Shown in pieces: positions 41,840-53,078 of a DNA stretch of 53,500 nucleotides. The stretch is from Tubiluchus corallicola. Its lineage: Eukaryota > Animalia > Priapulida. The stretch lies in the NCBI GenBank assembly GCA_030141605.1, contig JAQGDQ010001232.1, positions 1 to 53,500 of the forward strand, given 5' to 3'. A program made the translations under genes and the position numbers. Within the stretch, counting starts at the first letter, position 1, and each line of letters opens with the position of its first letter. Below the pieces are notes generated by a model. It was not told the origin of the DNA, searched no databases, and saw only the letters and a program-made list of their open reading frames with translations.

Positions 41840-42481
41840 ATAGGTTACACACATGTCAGAAACACTGCAATCGCAGATAGGTTTACACACATGTCAGAAA
41901 CACTGCAATCGCAGATAGGGTTACACACATGTCAGAAACACTGCAATCGCAGATAGGTTTACACACATGTCAGAAACACTGCAATCGCAGATAGGTTTAC
42001 ACACATGTCAGAAACACTGCAATCGTAGGTAGGTTTACACACATGTCAGAAGCACTGCAATCGTAGGTAGGTTTACACACATGTCAGAAGTACTGCAATC
42101 GCAGATAGGTTTACACACATGCTAGAAGCACTGCAATCGCAGATAGGTTTACACACATGCCAGAAACACTGCAATCGCAGATAGGTTTACACACATGCCA
42201 GAAACACTGCAATCGCAGATAGGTTTACACACATGCCAGAAACACTGCAATCGCAGATAGGTTTACACACATGCCAGAAACACTGCAATCGCAGATAGGT
42301 TTACACACATGTCAGAAACACTGCAATCGCAGATAGGGTTACACACATGCCAGAAACACTGCAATCGCAGATAGGTTTACACACATGTCAGAAACACTGC
42401 AATCGCAGATAGGTTTACACACATGCCAGAAACACTGCAATCGCAGATAGGTTTACACACATGCCAGAAACACTGCAATCG
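41840..42481. repeat. 38-bp minisatellite (CGCAGATAGGTTTACACACATG(T/C)CAGAAACACTGCAAT), ~17 copies
   Basis: Direct periodicity. Confidence 0.97.
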
Positions 42482-42486
42482 TACTT

Positions 42487-42590
42487 TAAGCAAAACCGTA
42501 CCCAGTTTTAAACTGTAGGTCAAAACAATCTACTCATTAAAATATTGAAAGGCAAAATGCTATTTTTTCAAAAAAAATGACTTACGTGAA
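42487..42590 (+). mobile_element. MITE family K1 left-end fragment
   Basis: TTAAGCAAAACCGTACCCAGTTTTAAACTGTAGG. Confidence 0.7.
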
Positions 42591-42956
42591 TTTGTGAAAT
42601 GTGTTACTATAAATAGAATTTAAATTGTGTTTTACCTACAATGTGATTTTATTTTTCTAACAACTCTATTGCTAACAACAGTTTAACATACTGATTGTAA
42701 CATCATGTTTTGGAAAGTGCAATTAACGATTTTAGATTTTCAATTTTGAAGCAATATAGCGCCCAAGCATGAAATGATCGCGACTTTAAAGCGATTAACT
42801 AGATACACGAGGCGCTTACTGCGGTTTTATTACTAAATCCTTCTAACATTTTTCGCGAACATTGAAATGAGCCTAACCGTCTAGAAAGCTTGACTTTTCC
42901 TTTAATTTGCGTTTGGCTTTTGTTTTTCATTAATCTCACACTGAAATGCAATTTAT

Positions 42957-42995
42957 TGCCGACCGGTTTCGAACAAATTGTTCTTTGTCAAGGCA
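42957..42995 (-). ncRNA. Minimal type I hammerhead ribozyme, U3-A8 core variant
   Basis: Minus strand TGCC TTGACAA A GAACA ATT TGTTC GAAA CCGG TC GGCA: stems I and II pair perfectly, palindromic stem III, GUC cleavage triplet. Confidence 0.7.
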
Positions 42996-43540
42996 TCTGA
43001 AACAAAGAAATTTGCCAGAATTTATAGAAACAACATCGAAATACAATTCAGTAGTTAGATAGCCAAAAGATACCATGATATTCCATTGTATTTGTAATTT
43101 AAACAGCCTAAATTGGGCCTAAGTTAAACAGCAAAGATGAGTAATTGAGTACGTGCAACACCAACAGTGCACTGCGTTTTGTGAAATTCAGCAACAAAAT
43201 GGTAGCTCCCCAATATTGACAGTTCTATTACTACTAACATATTTGTTGACTTGTTTGTGGAGTATTATATACTTTCATACCAATTAAGATACGTAATCGG
43301 TAAGGTAAATTGTTAAATTATCTATATAATATTATATCATATATCTTTTGGCTATCTAACTGTAAGGTAAATTGTTAAATTTTCTATATAATATTATATC
43401 ATATATCTTTTGGCTATCTGAGTGTAAGGTAAATTGTTAAATTATCTATATAATATTATGTCATATATCTTTTGGCTATCTAACTACTGAATTGTATTTC
43501 GATGTTGTTTCTAAATTCTGGTAAATTTCTTTGTTTTAGA

Positions 43541-43578
43541 TGCCTTGATATGAACAGTTTGTTCGAAACCGGTTGACA
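43541..43578 (+). ncRNA. Decayed copy of the U3-A8 hammerhead
   Basis: TGCC TTGATA T GAACA GTT TGTTC GAAA CCGG TT GACA; core one nt short, stem I mismatch. Confidence 0.5.
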
Positions 43579-43658
43579 ATATATTCCGCTTTGATGTAGT
43601 TACATCTATTTGTCAAATATGGATAATTCAATTCTCACATCGATTTGGTTTATTTCAG

Positions 43659-43787
43659 CATGCCCACCCATCAAACCATTTACGTGTCCGGGATATTCTG
43701 ATATTTGCCTCCCACTGCAGTACATATGCGATGGTTCACCCGACTGCCCTGACGGCTACGATGAAGATGTGAAAGTGTGTACTGCAG
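43659..43787 (+). CDS. LDL-receptor class A module exon of the prohormone-4 / IDLSRF-like precursor
   Basis: Acceptor TTTATTTCAG|, donor CAG|GTAAGA, phase 1-1, 129 nt; six-Cys CPPIKPFTCPGYSDICLPLQYICDGSPDCPDGYDEDVKVCTA closely resembles the insect prohormone-4 module (PFKCPG...CISIQYLCDGAPDC.DGYDED..LCTA). Confidence 0.93.
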
Positions 43788-44239
43788 GTAAGATTATTAT
43801 TTTTCTAATGTTCATATGCACTGGTGCAATCAAATTGCGTTCACACTGTTCAATCAGCAATGCACTCAAAGCTTCATAACAACAGTTTAACATAGTGATT
43901 GTAACATCATGTTTTGGAAAGTGCAATTAACCATTTTAGATTTTCAATTTTGAAGCAATACAGCGCCTAAGCATGAAATGATCGCGACTTTAAAGTGATT
44001 TTACTAGTTATACGAGGCGCTTACTGCGGTTTTATTACTAACTTCTTCTAACATTTTTCGCGAACAGTGTATCATGTATCATATATAATAATACATGATA
44101 AATTTCAGATTTTTTTGTACCTTTTGTTAAAAAACTTTTATGAGTTTACGAATGATTTAAAAGTTATCACTTTTTATAATACATTTATCATAAAGAAGTC
44201 ATAAAAGGCACAATTTATGCTATCAGCTGTGTACTTACA

Positions 44240-44910
44240 AGTCCACATTTCACAGTGAGGACGCAAGCAAAAATGACGCACGGATTTGCTGACAGAAAAT
44301 CAGAAAATATTTAGAAAATTTTCAATTTTTTCTCGAAATTCCACGCAGCATTAAAGTTCATTTCACAATGAAACCGCGCGGTTTTTTTTCCGCGCGTGCA
44401 GTTAGTTGCAAGTACTTTGTAAATCTTATACTGTACAATCATGTTTAAATTAAGTTATACTTGCCGTATTTCTCATATACAAAGTACAATTAATAATGTT
44501 AGTCAATGTAATGTCAGATCTGTTTATTTTTTAGTTAAGTTCTACTAACTACTTCAAAATATGAAAATATACTTATATGAAATAAATATATGCATGCGTT
44601 ATGTTTCTTCGATTGAGTTATCGATTTTGCATTAATGGAACACAAAATTTTACAATCTGTTAAAAGACAGATTAAATCTTCGAATTTTATGCTGAAATGT
44701 GTTAATTGTTGTTCGCTAAATAAGAAAGAATTGAGTAGTTAAATTTAAGACTGAATTCCGCGAGGATTTCTGACGAAAATGGGACAAGCAGTATTTCTAC
44801 GATGCGGCAAAATTCCTCACGAGGAGGACCCATAGCTTCTAGTTGGCAGCAAAATTTCACACAAGGAACTGCAAGAGGAATTTGCACTGCCCGTCCTCAC
44901 TGTGAAATGC
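44240..44910 (-). mobile_element. Harbinger-like MITE, partial, reverse orientation
   Basis: Reverse complement of ~45628-46285. Confidence 0.8.
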
Positions 44911-45522
44911 AAACAACAAGGATTTCACGAAAAAACATACGCCTACATATCTTGTATAATATTTTAGACACAGCAAGAACTACAGGAAACATAGTCATGT
45001 TGTTCTTGCTGTGGTTACAATTTTATACGTGATTTCTTTCAAACATAATTTCGTTACTAGCAATCTAGCGAGAAGTCGCTGAGCTCTTTGAAGGCATCGT
45101 AAGAAAGTAAAATTACAGAACTTTTCTAATCTGTTGGGACCTGCACGCTTTCTACGAGCACGTTGCAGAACCAGAGAGACATTTGCGGCAAAAGATCATA
45201 GCAAATTGCGAGGCAACGCTAGAAAAGAATTGTAAATAATAGACAACATCACAAGTACAGGGTTTTATTGGGGTACTTTGTGGTGTTAGTTGTATTTTAT
45301 TGTCGAAGAAGGAACCCCATAAAATATGATATAGGTCACGTGTTTGATTAGGGTTTATGCTGCCATTGTCTCTGTGTTCTATAAAGTTTAACATACGACT
45401 CTAAAACACAGTGGCAGGTCGTCTTTATTATGTGGATGGTTGTGGAAGTACAGGAACTTCGCACAAATTAAGGATAATAATAAAATTGAGATATTGAAGC
45501 AGAAGAGTCTCGATCACCTTTA

Positions 45523-46285
45523 AGGCCATTTCACACTTGACGCCACACGACAAAATTCCTTCGCGAAGAGAAATTCCTTGCAGCATTCCTCACAAAAATG
45601 GAACACATTGCTTTCTATGACGCATCTCATTTCACAGTGAGGACACGCAGCAAAATTCCTCGTGCAATTCCTCGTGAGGAATTCTGCCGAAAGCTGGATT
45701 CTATGTATCCTCCTCGTGAGGAATATTGTCGCATGGTATAAGTACTGCTTGTTCCATTTTCGTCAGAAATCCTCGCGGAATTCAGTCTTAAATTTAACTA
45801 CTCAATTCTTTCTTATTTAACGAACGACAATTAACACATTTCAGCATAAAATTCGAAGATTTAATCTCTATTTTAACAAACTGACGATTTTGTGTTTTGT
45901 TAATGCAACATCGATGACTACATTCGTATAAAAGAAAAATAACGCACGCATATATTTATTTTATATTATGTATATTATTAGATTATGAAGTGGTTAGTAG
46001 AACTTTACTAAAAACAAACAGGTCTGACATTACATTGACTAACATTATCAATTGTACTTTGTATATGAAAAATACGCCAAGTATAACTTCATTTAGACAT
46101 GATTATACAGTATAAAACTTGCAAAGTAGCTGCAGCTAACTGGACGCGGCGGAAAAAAACGGCGAGGTTTCACTGCGAAATCAACTTTCTTGCTGAATGG
46201 GATTTTCAGAAAAATTGGAAATTTTCAGAAATTTTCTGATTTTCTGACAGCATTTTTCCTTGCGTCTTCACTGTGAAATGGGCTT
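45523..46285 (+). mobile_element. Complete PIF/Harbinger-like MITE
   Basis: TTA|AGGCCATTTCACAC...CTGTGAAATGGGCT|TTA. Confidence 0.8.
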
Positions 46286-46329
46286 TAGACTATCCCGTTT
46301 GAGTTAAATACATTGAGGCAATAACGCAG

Positions 46330-46516
46330 CTGCAACAACCCAGATGCAGACGCAGTTTTTCCCATTTGGTCACCCATCCATTTACTAATCATGTGCGTCG
46401 CTGCTTAGCTTCATAACTAATCATGATATGAATCACTCACCTCATATCACTGACTCAGTCTCATATCATACCAATCATGATATGAACCATAGCGTGACCA
46501 CTTAGCTAAACTCGCC
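46330..46516 (-). mobile_element. SINE-like element with a tRNA-like start and a 5S rRNA-derived segment
   Basis: Minus strand GGCGAGTTTAGCTAAGTGGTCACGC, then GAAGCTAAGCAGCGACGCACATGATTAGTAAATGGATGGGTGACCAAATGGGAA, resembling the 5S internal control region. Confidence 0.65.
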
Positions 46517-46899
46517 TTGTTCTCAGCAGCAATGTAATTGCATTGTTATGAAAAAAATTATTCGTTTCATTACTTATTTTATTCAGCTGCAATTTATACA
46601 TATTTTTCTGTACATGTGTATACGTCTGCAATTTTAAAGTACATGTATACTGAAAATAAAATCAAAATTCTAAATTTAAAATATTACATAGTATAAAGGA
46701 TTTTGGGTAGATAGTTAAAAGTATATAATTAAAGTAAAGTAATTATTCGGATAAAATCTTTATCAGGTCCAAATTAAGAGTCATTCACCGATGATTTAAG
46801 ACAGAATAAAACTAGGATTTTGCAAAATAAATAACAAGTGATAAAAAATGTATGTCGAGTGGACAGACTATTTAAATTTTTAAAATACGGACAAAATGT

Positions 46900-47215
46900 T
46901 TTATAGTTAAAAACAGCACAACTTTATTAAAACCGTTACATTGAAAAGTTAAAATCATGCCAAACGTTTCGACTAGCTACTGCTGTCATCATCAGTGGTA
47001 AATTTACAAACACACAACCAGTTTATATAGGCAGAGCCTATTATGCACTAACTAAGTAGTTAACAGAAGCCAAATAGGTAATGGTTAAGCAGACCTGCAG
47101 AAGAGAAATTGATACAGTAACAAATAGCTAAGTGTTTGAGAATAAAGTTAAAGGAATTGAACAGCTTTGTACATTAAGAGAAGGCTTATTAGGGTACATA
47201 GATTCTTTTATCTAT
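46900..47215 (-). mobile_element. Penelope-like 3' end, homolog of 27940-28295
   Basis: Minus strand encodes NKPSLNVQSCSIPLTLF, then TATATAAA, a hammerhead motif and AATAAA. Confidence 0.8.
46958..47000 (-). ncRNA. Minimal type I hammerhead ribozyme
   Basis: TACCA CTGATGA T GACAGC AGTA GCTAGTC GAAA CGTT TGGCA. Confidence 0.75.
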
Positions 47216-48152
47216 TAGGGTACAAGTTTTTTGTGCCTGTAATAAAAAAATATTTTCTCGGTTTCACATTTGCCCTACAACTTTCTCCAAATAATTGTTC
47301 TGGATTTCCCGAATGGTTCTCTATCCCTGATCGAATTATCTAATCAATTAGGAAAATTGAACAGCAATTATTGACGATGGAGACGACTGGACGGCAGACA
47401 TGTTTTAAAGAAGCCCAACGTCTTTCGTTAATAAAAATTCGATTATCCACTCTGATTGTAATTATGGAAACATTAATTACTATTATGCCATTATTAGGCT
47501 GCATCTCTGTAATACACGTTAATGCAATACAAGTTACACAATGTAGCTCATCTTCATTTGTGATTTATAATTAAAAGTACTACTACCAATATTTGAACAT
47601 GTGCTGCCACCTTCACGTAAAATTGTTTATTATAGTAACTTGACTCAAGTTTAATCCAGGTTGTGGCCTTGGCTAGCGCTGCTCAGGACAGCAATGGAAA
47701 TGAAGTAATATTAGTCTTTTTAGCAATGAGTTGGACAAGCAAACAATTCCAGTGTGTTATTATACAGTATATTAATTATTAATCTCTACCCTCATTCTGT
47801 AGCCACTTTTCACACTAAATTAGTTTCACATAGTTTCTGGAAACCCCTCATCTGGCGGAGACCTCCTTGGCTGCAGTCCATGAAGCCCGTGCGCCCTTTG
47901 CTCGGGGTCGGAATACAAAAACCATGTGATATACGAATAGGTCTTGCCTCATATAGGTGCTCATTGTCTGAGCTATTTCTGCTCAACTCTAGTCCTAGTA
48001 TGTTTATACTTATATCTCAAGCAAGTCGCATCAGCGCTCTTACACAACAGGGCTTCGCAATGATGTGGCTTCACGCTCAAACCTGGTGGCTAAACATTTT
48101 TATAAAGCTATGCTATTTTGTAATTTTAGTGATAGTAATAAATTTATTGATG

Positions 48153-48780
48153 AATACAATACAATACAGTGCAATACAATACAATGCAATGCAATGCAAT
48201 GCAATGCAGTGCAGTGCAGTGCAGTGCAGGGCAGGGCAGTGCAGTGCAGTGCAGTGCAGTGCAGTGCAGTACAGTACAGTACAGTACAGTACAGTACAGT
48301 ACAGTACAGTACAGTACAGTACAGTACAGTACAGTACAGTACAGTACAGTACAGTACAGTACAGTACAGTACAGTACAGTACAGTACAGCTCCGTGCCGT
48401 GCCGTGCAGTGCAGTTAGTACAGTGCAGTACAGTGAGTGCAGTGCAATACAATACAATGCAATGCAATGCAATACAGTACAGTGCAGTGCAGTGCAGTGC
48501 AGTGCAGTGCAGTGCAGTGCAGTGCAGTGCAGTGCAGTGCAGTACAGTACAGTACAGTACAGTACAGTACAGTACAGTACAGTACAGTACAGTACAGTAC
48601 AGTACAGTACAGTACAGTACAGTACAGTACAGTACAGTACAGTACAGTACAGTACAGTACAGTACAGTACAGTACAGTACAGTACAGTACAGTACAGTAC
48701 AGTACAGCTCCGTGCCGTGCCGTGCCGTGCAGTGCAGTGCAGTTAGTACAGTGCAGTACAGTGAGTGCAGTGCAATACAA
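48153..48780. repeat. Compound pentanucleotide microsatellite (AATAC/AATGC/AGTGC/AGTAC), present as two blocks
   Basis: Direct periodicity; both blocks end AGCTCCGTGCC...AGTTAGTACAGTGCAGTACAGTGAGTGC. Confidence 0.97.
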
Positions 48781-49527
48781 TTCAATAAAAAAATATACAA
48801 AGACAATAAACTTAACCTAGCATGCCTCTTATCTATATGCAGAACAGAGAGATTCAAGAACAGTTTTATGGTTTATTTAATTTTCAAATATAAATTTAAA
48901 CTCAGTTTATTTAATTCATGTAAATTGTGTATCAGTGTAACTGTGCTTGTCACTGCTTGTTCTATCTTGCTTATTCTTTGAAATTTTTATGTGTTTGTAT
49001 ATTTTGTAAGTTTGTATATATTTTTGAATGTTTTATATATTTTATATTTTTCTATATTTTTGTGCATTTTGTCTGTGCTGTAATTCAACCTTTTTTCCTT
49101 TTTTGTAAGATATATTCTAACGTTTTTCAGAGACGGCTTCTACATGGAAGTCACTACCACCTTCGTGTTTTCAAAGTGCTTTTCAACTGATTCTGTTGCT
49201 TGCGTACTAAGCTTTGTGACTAACTTTCTAAAATAGGGTTTTCTGTGCCTGGGTATTCTGGGGAAAAAGTATCTCGGCTATCACTGTTTGGCTCTTACTG
49301 TCTCATTTTTTATACATCTCTTATACGGTGTGACACTCACTTAATGTACATGGTTGTGGGAAGACCGGTATCTCGTAGGAAATGTCAAGCAAGAAATGTT
49401 GAACCAGCCACTCCACGTGGCGAGACGTCATTATATAACAACACAACAAATGAGACCGCCCAAATACAATTTTTTTAACTTCATCGTTAAAATTTTTTTT
49501 CAGGAGGTTATCTATCCCTTTTCTTTC

Positions 49528-49924
49528 TAGGGGTGAGCATCGAACGTTCGAGTACAATTCGAACGAGCTTTTTAGTTTGAATTCGATTCAAACCTAAAGC
49601 TATAGATTCGAATAATTCAGTACTTCAATCACATACGTTCTTAATAATTAAAACGATTGAAACGTCATCCAATTAGCACAATTTAGCTGCAATTTCAAGA
49701 CAAAATTTTAGACAAATTATTAGTAGTTCTACTGCAGAACAATATCGAGTAATATGCATGATCTCTGTAAGACTAATTATTACTGGTGGTTCGAAAACTT
49801 GTTCGAAAATCTTTCAATCTCAATTAGAAATCGAAATACTGAAGTTCGGTTCGATTCGAATTCGAAAGTCACAAATTCGATTCGATTCGAATTAGCTTTC
49901 TGGTAGAGAGATTGCTCACCCCTT
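49528..49924. mobile_element. hAT-like MITE
   Basis: TIR TAGGGGTGAGCA / TGCTCACCCCTT; perfect 8-bp TSD TTTCTTTC; TTCGA subterminal repeats. Confidence 0.85.
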
Positions 49925-50582
49925 TTTCTTTCCATACTCGGCGTTGTTTAACTTTGGTAGAAGCTCTCGCAATAAAATCATTCTCGCTTTTAGAGACGCC
50001 ATTTTCCTTGGAGGAAATCATGCGCGTTGTTCTCTTCTTGTAAAATGGGCATCAAGTGTCAAAGCATTCTGCCGGATTAGGTTTTGATATCCACAAGCAA
50101 AAGAAGGATATCACATCTTTAAAAGTTCACCAAGGCGTTATGATTGATAGAGTAGTATTCCTTGAAGGATTAACGTCGTTATTAATGAAGTATAGATGAT
50201 AGGAGTCAGACTAAGTATTGCCATGTTGACTCGTGGGAATCCGCTATTGCCAACTCAGCAAACCCAGTAATTTCGGTTTTGCGAAACACTCAAGTGTAAA
50301 ATGGTATTCAGTCGTTTCATTAAGTGATAAAGTTTTCTTTCACAATACACGCCAGCAAAACTATTAAAAAAATCACGTCAGCCTATATAGTTTTGTGTTG
50401 TACTTTTGTATTTTGTTATTGTTTTGTTGTATGTATGCAATTGTAGTGTAATGTATATACCAGTAATAAATTCTAAATTCGTCAACCAGGTTACATCATG
50501 GTGTTCACCACAAACGATAAAGTTGTGATTAAGATTTGTTATCAATGAAAAATGGGAGTTACGGTATCTAGAATTTCCTTAA

Positions 50583-51212
50583 AGCAAAACCGGACCCAAT
50601 CTTAAACTGTAGGTAAAAACAATCTACTTTTTAAAATATTGAAAGCAAACACGCTATTTTTAAAAAATGACTTACGTGAAAGAATTATTACCATTTTCGC
50701 TTCAAATATTACCATTTCAAACATAATTTCGACTTCGCGTCACTAGTTCGTTGTCGTGAGCTGATTCACGAGTTTGTTTATGAACTTTATAAACTTTAGC
50801 AACATTATAACTTTCAGCAAGTTAGACTACAGTGAATCATTTTCTCACCTGACTGGCTTCTGATATGCATTGCCCAAGGTTAACTAGTTTCAACTGATTT
50901 GAGCTTTTACAAGTTGTAATCTAGTAGTCTCAACGTAGTGTACAGAAAAGACAGTCAATAATAAAGTGTTTGTGGCACTAAAGGAGTTTGGTTTATGTTG
51001 CTACATATATTGACAAAAGCCTTTTTTACATTCGTCACTGTTACATGCATTTCGCCATTCGCTAGTTAGACGGGCACTACCGCCTGCACTTCAGAAACGC
51101 ATTGCTCAAAAAACAGGTGCTGTATATCTCAGTATGGATGTGTTCGTTTGTGACGAACTACACACGCTCGACAGCTCATGCGTGAGCATAACCGTAAATT
51201 TGAAATTTGAAA
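50583..51212 (+). mobile_element. MITE family K1 copy interrupted by a solo LTR and truncated at a Penelope-like remnant
   Basis: K1 homology on both sides of 50752-51030. Confidence 0.78.
50752..51030 (+). mobile_element. Solo LTR (279 bp)
   Basis: TGT...ACA termini, perfect 5-bp TSD TTCGT, internal AATAAA near 50960; absent from the other K1 copies. Confidence 0.8.
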
Positions 51213-51224
51213 CACTTATTCATT

Positions 51225-51420
51225 ACGCGTTTGGCTTTTTGTAAATACATAATTAGTGCATAATTTTCTATACTGTAGGCTCTGCCTACATAAACTGGTT
51301 GTTGTTTGTATAGTGTACCACTGATGATGACAGCTGATTACTGTCGAAACGTTTGGACATATTTTTAAACTGTTGTAAAATAAAGTTTTAAATAAAAGTT
51401 GTGTTGTTTTAATAATAAAT
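51225..51420 (+). mobile_element. Penelope-like pseudo-LTR remnant
   Basis: Homologous to 28120-28295 and, reversed, 46900-47085. Confidence 0.78.
51314..51359 (+). ncRNA. Minimal type I hammerhead ribozyme, core intact
   Basis: TGTACCA CTGATGA T GACAG CTGATTA CTGTC GAAA CGTT TGGACA. Confidence 0.78.
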
Positions 51421-51999
51421 GCTTTGAAGTGCCCATATAAATTGACTTGAACTATATTTTTGGTACGAACGCTTAAAAGAGCCAAAGCAGTGACTTACAC
51501 GTCTCTCCAGCTGAGGCTCGTTATTTCTAATCCGGTGTAAGCATTATTAAAAGCTGGAGATTACAGCCAAGGTAATTCCAGGGAATGTATAGCATAGAGA
51601 AAACATGCAGCAGTAATTATTGACACAAGAACGTCACGATTATACCAAATATATACCAGTACAGCAAATTACTAATTACTATTTAATCAAACTTTTTTTG
51701 CATTCCGAATCAGATTTATTTTTACTCAATAAGCCTAAAAATGATGAAGTTGAACCCAAATTAAAATGGATTTTATTCTTGTTGTTGATTCACTGTATTA
51801 TTAACCCAACGTATTTTATTATTTCATAACAAATTTGACCTGTTTTTCACTCAAAATCAAAATGCTAATTTTAGTTTATGCAAGATTGACCCTATTCTGT
51901 TGCCCACTAATTTATAGTACATGTATTTTCTTTATTTTGAATTACTTAATTGTATAGCAAATGTCATAATTTTAAAAATTAATGTTTCCTAAATTCCTA

Positions 52000-52364
52000 C
52001 ATTATACAGTACCATAGACATTTCTAACATTGTACAGTACCATAGACACTTTTAACATTATACAGTACCATAGACACTTCTAACATTGTACAGTACCATA
52101 GACACTTTTAACATTGTACAGTACCATAGACACTTCTAACATTGTACAGTACCATAGACACTTCTAGCATTATACAGTACCATAGACACTTCTAGCATTA
52201 TACAGTACCATAGACACTTCTAGCATTATACAGTACCATAGACACTTCTAACATTGTACAGTACCATAGACACTTCTAGCATTATACAGTACCATAGACA
52301 CTTCTAGCATTATACAGTACCATAGACACTTCTAACATTATGCAGTACCATAGACACTTCTAAC
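52000..52364. repeat. 28-bp minisatellite (CATT(A/G)TACAGTACCATAGACACTTCTA(A/G)), ~13 copies
   Basis: Direct periodicity. Confidence 0.96.
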
Positions 52365-53078
52365 TAGTGTAAGCAATCGTACTACTCGAAATTCTAATAA
52401 ATTAGTCATGCCTAAAATTCGAACAGAACGTTATAAATGTTCACCAATGCCAGTTGTAATTAAAACTATAAATAGTAATCAGGAAATCAGCCTAAATTAT
52501 AGTAAAAGATTTGTTGTCTTAATGGTTTAAACTGTTTTACTGACGTTGTGACGTCATACATCCACATTTTTATCTTGTAAACAATGTCTCTAGTGTGTTT
52601 TATTGTATTTACACTTTGTATTCAGTTTTGCTGTTATGGTGTGACTTTTTAATAAAACCTATTATTTATTTATTATTTATTTTATGTAAGAATGCCTCTA
52701 CCAAAATATACGTACAGTATTTTACTTTCCAAGACTAGATCAAATAAATAATTTGTGTGTCGAAGTTATAAAATTCTATAAAAAAATTTCACTAATACTG
52801 TATTTTAAGTAGCTAATTTAACCTGCACAACTTGATTTTCTATACAGAAAATAATTTTTATAATGACATCTGGATTTCCAAGAGAAAATTACAGTCTTCA
52901 AAGTTTGTCTGTAAACTGTCTTCACTATGCGAATAGAATATATTTATAAATCGTTGTTTGTGATAAATATTTGCAATTATTATCACACTAGTTCGGAATG
53001 CGAACCATTAGGTTTCACGCACGTACGTGTAGCTCGAGTGGTATGCTTTGTATGATGGGTTTGCGCCAGTTCCATTAA

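Larger units (their letters stand above)
42935..43600. mobile_element. Inverted ~140-bp arms, each carrying a hammerhead motif (probable Penelope-like inverted pseudo-LTR remnant); includes a 62-bp x3 tandem at 43300-43485
   Basis: 42935-43072 is the reverse complement of ~43466-43600. Confidence 0.65.

Noticed and set aside
45060-45240. Possible MADF/Myb-like remnant in the spacer between the Harbinger-like arms
   Set aside because: Only a loose W-D motif, with stops and frameshifts; cannot be supported without an HMM search
47754-48981. 330-aa and overlapping (VQYST)n / (LYCTV)n ORFs
   Set aside because: Pentanucleotide microsatellite open in many frames
49125-49210. Candidate next prohormone-4 exon (TTTTTCAG|AG ACG GCT TCT..., ETASTWKSL)
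   Set aside because: Resembles ETASFLQSL only briefly, lacks KRPPVE, diverges at once and reaches a stop with no further similarity
50285-50360. Minus-strand ETTEYHFTLEC, possible LINE zinc-knuckle relic
   Set aside because: Needs a frameshift and has no supporting flanking similarity; too weak to call
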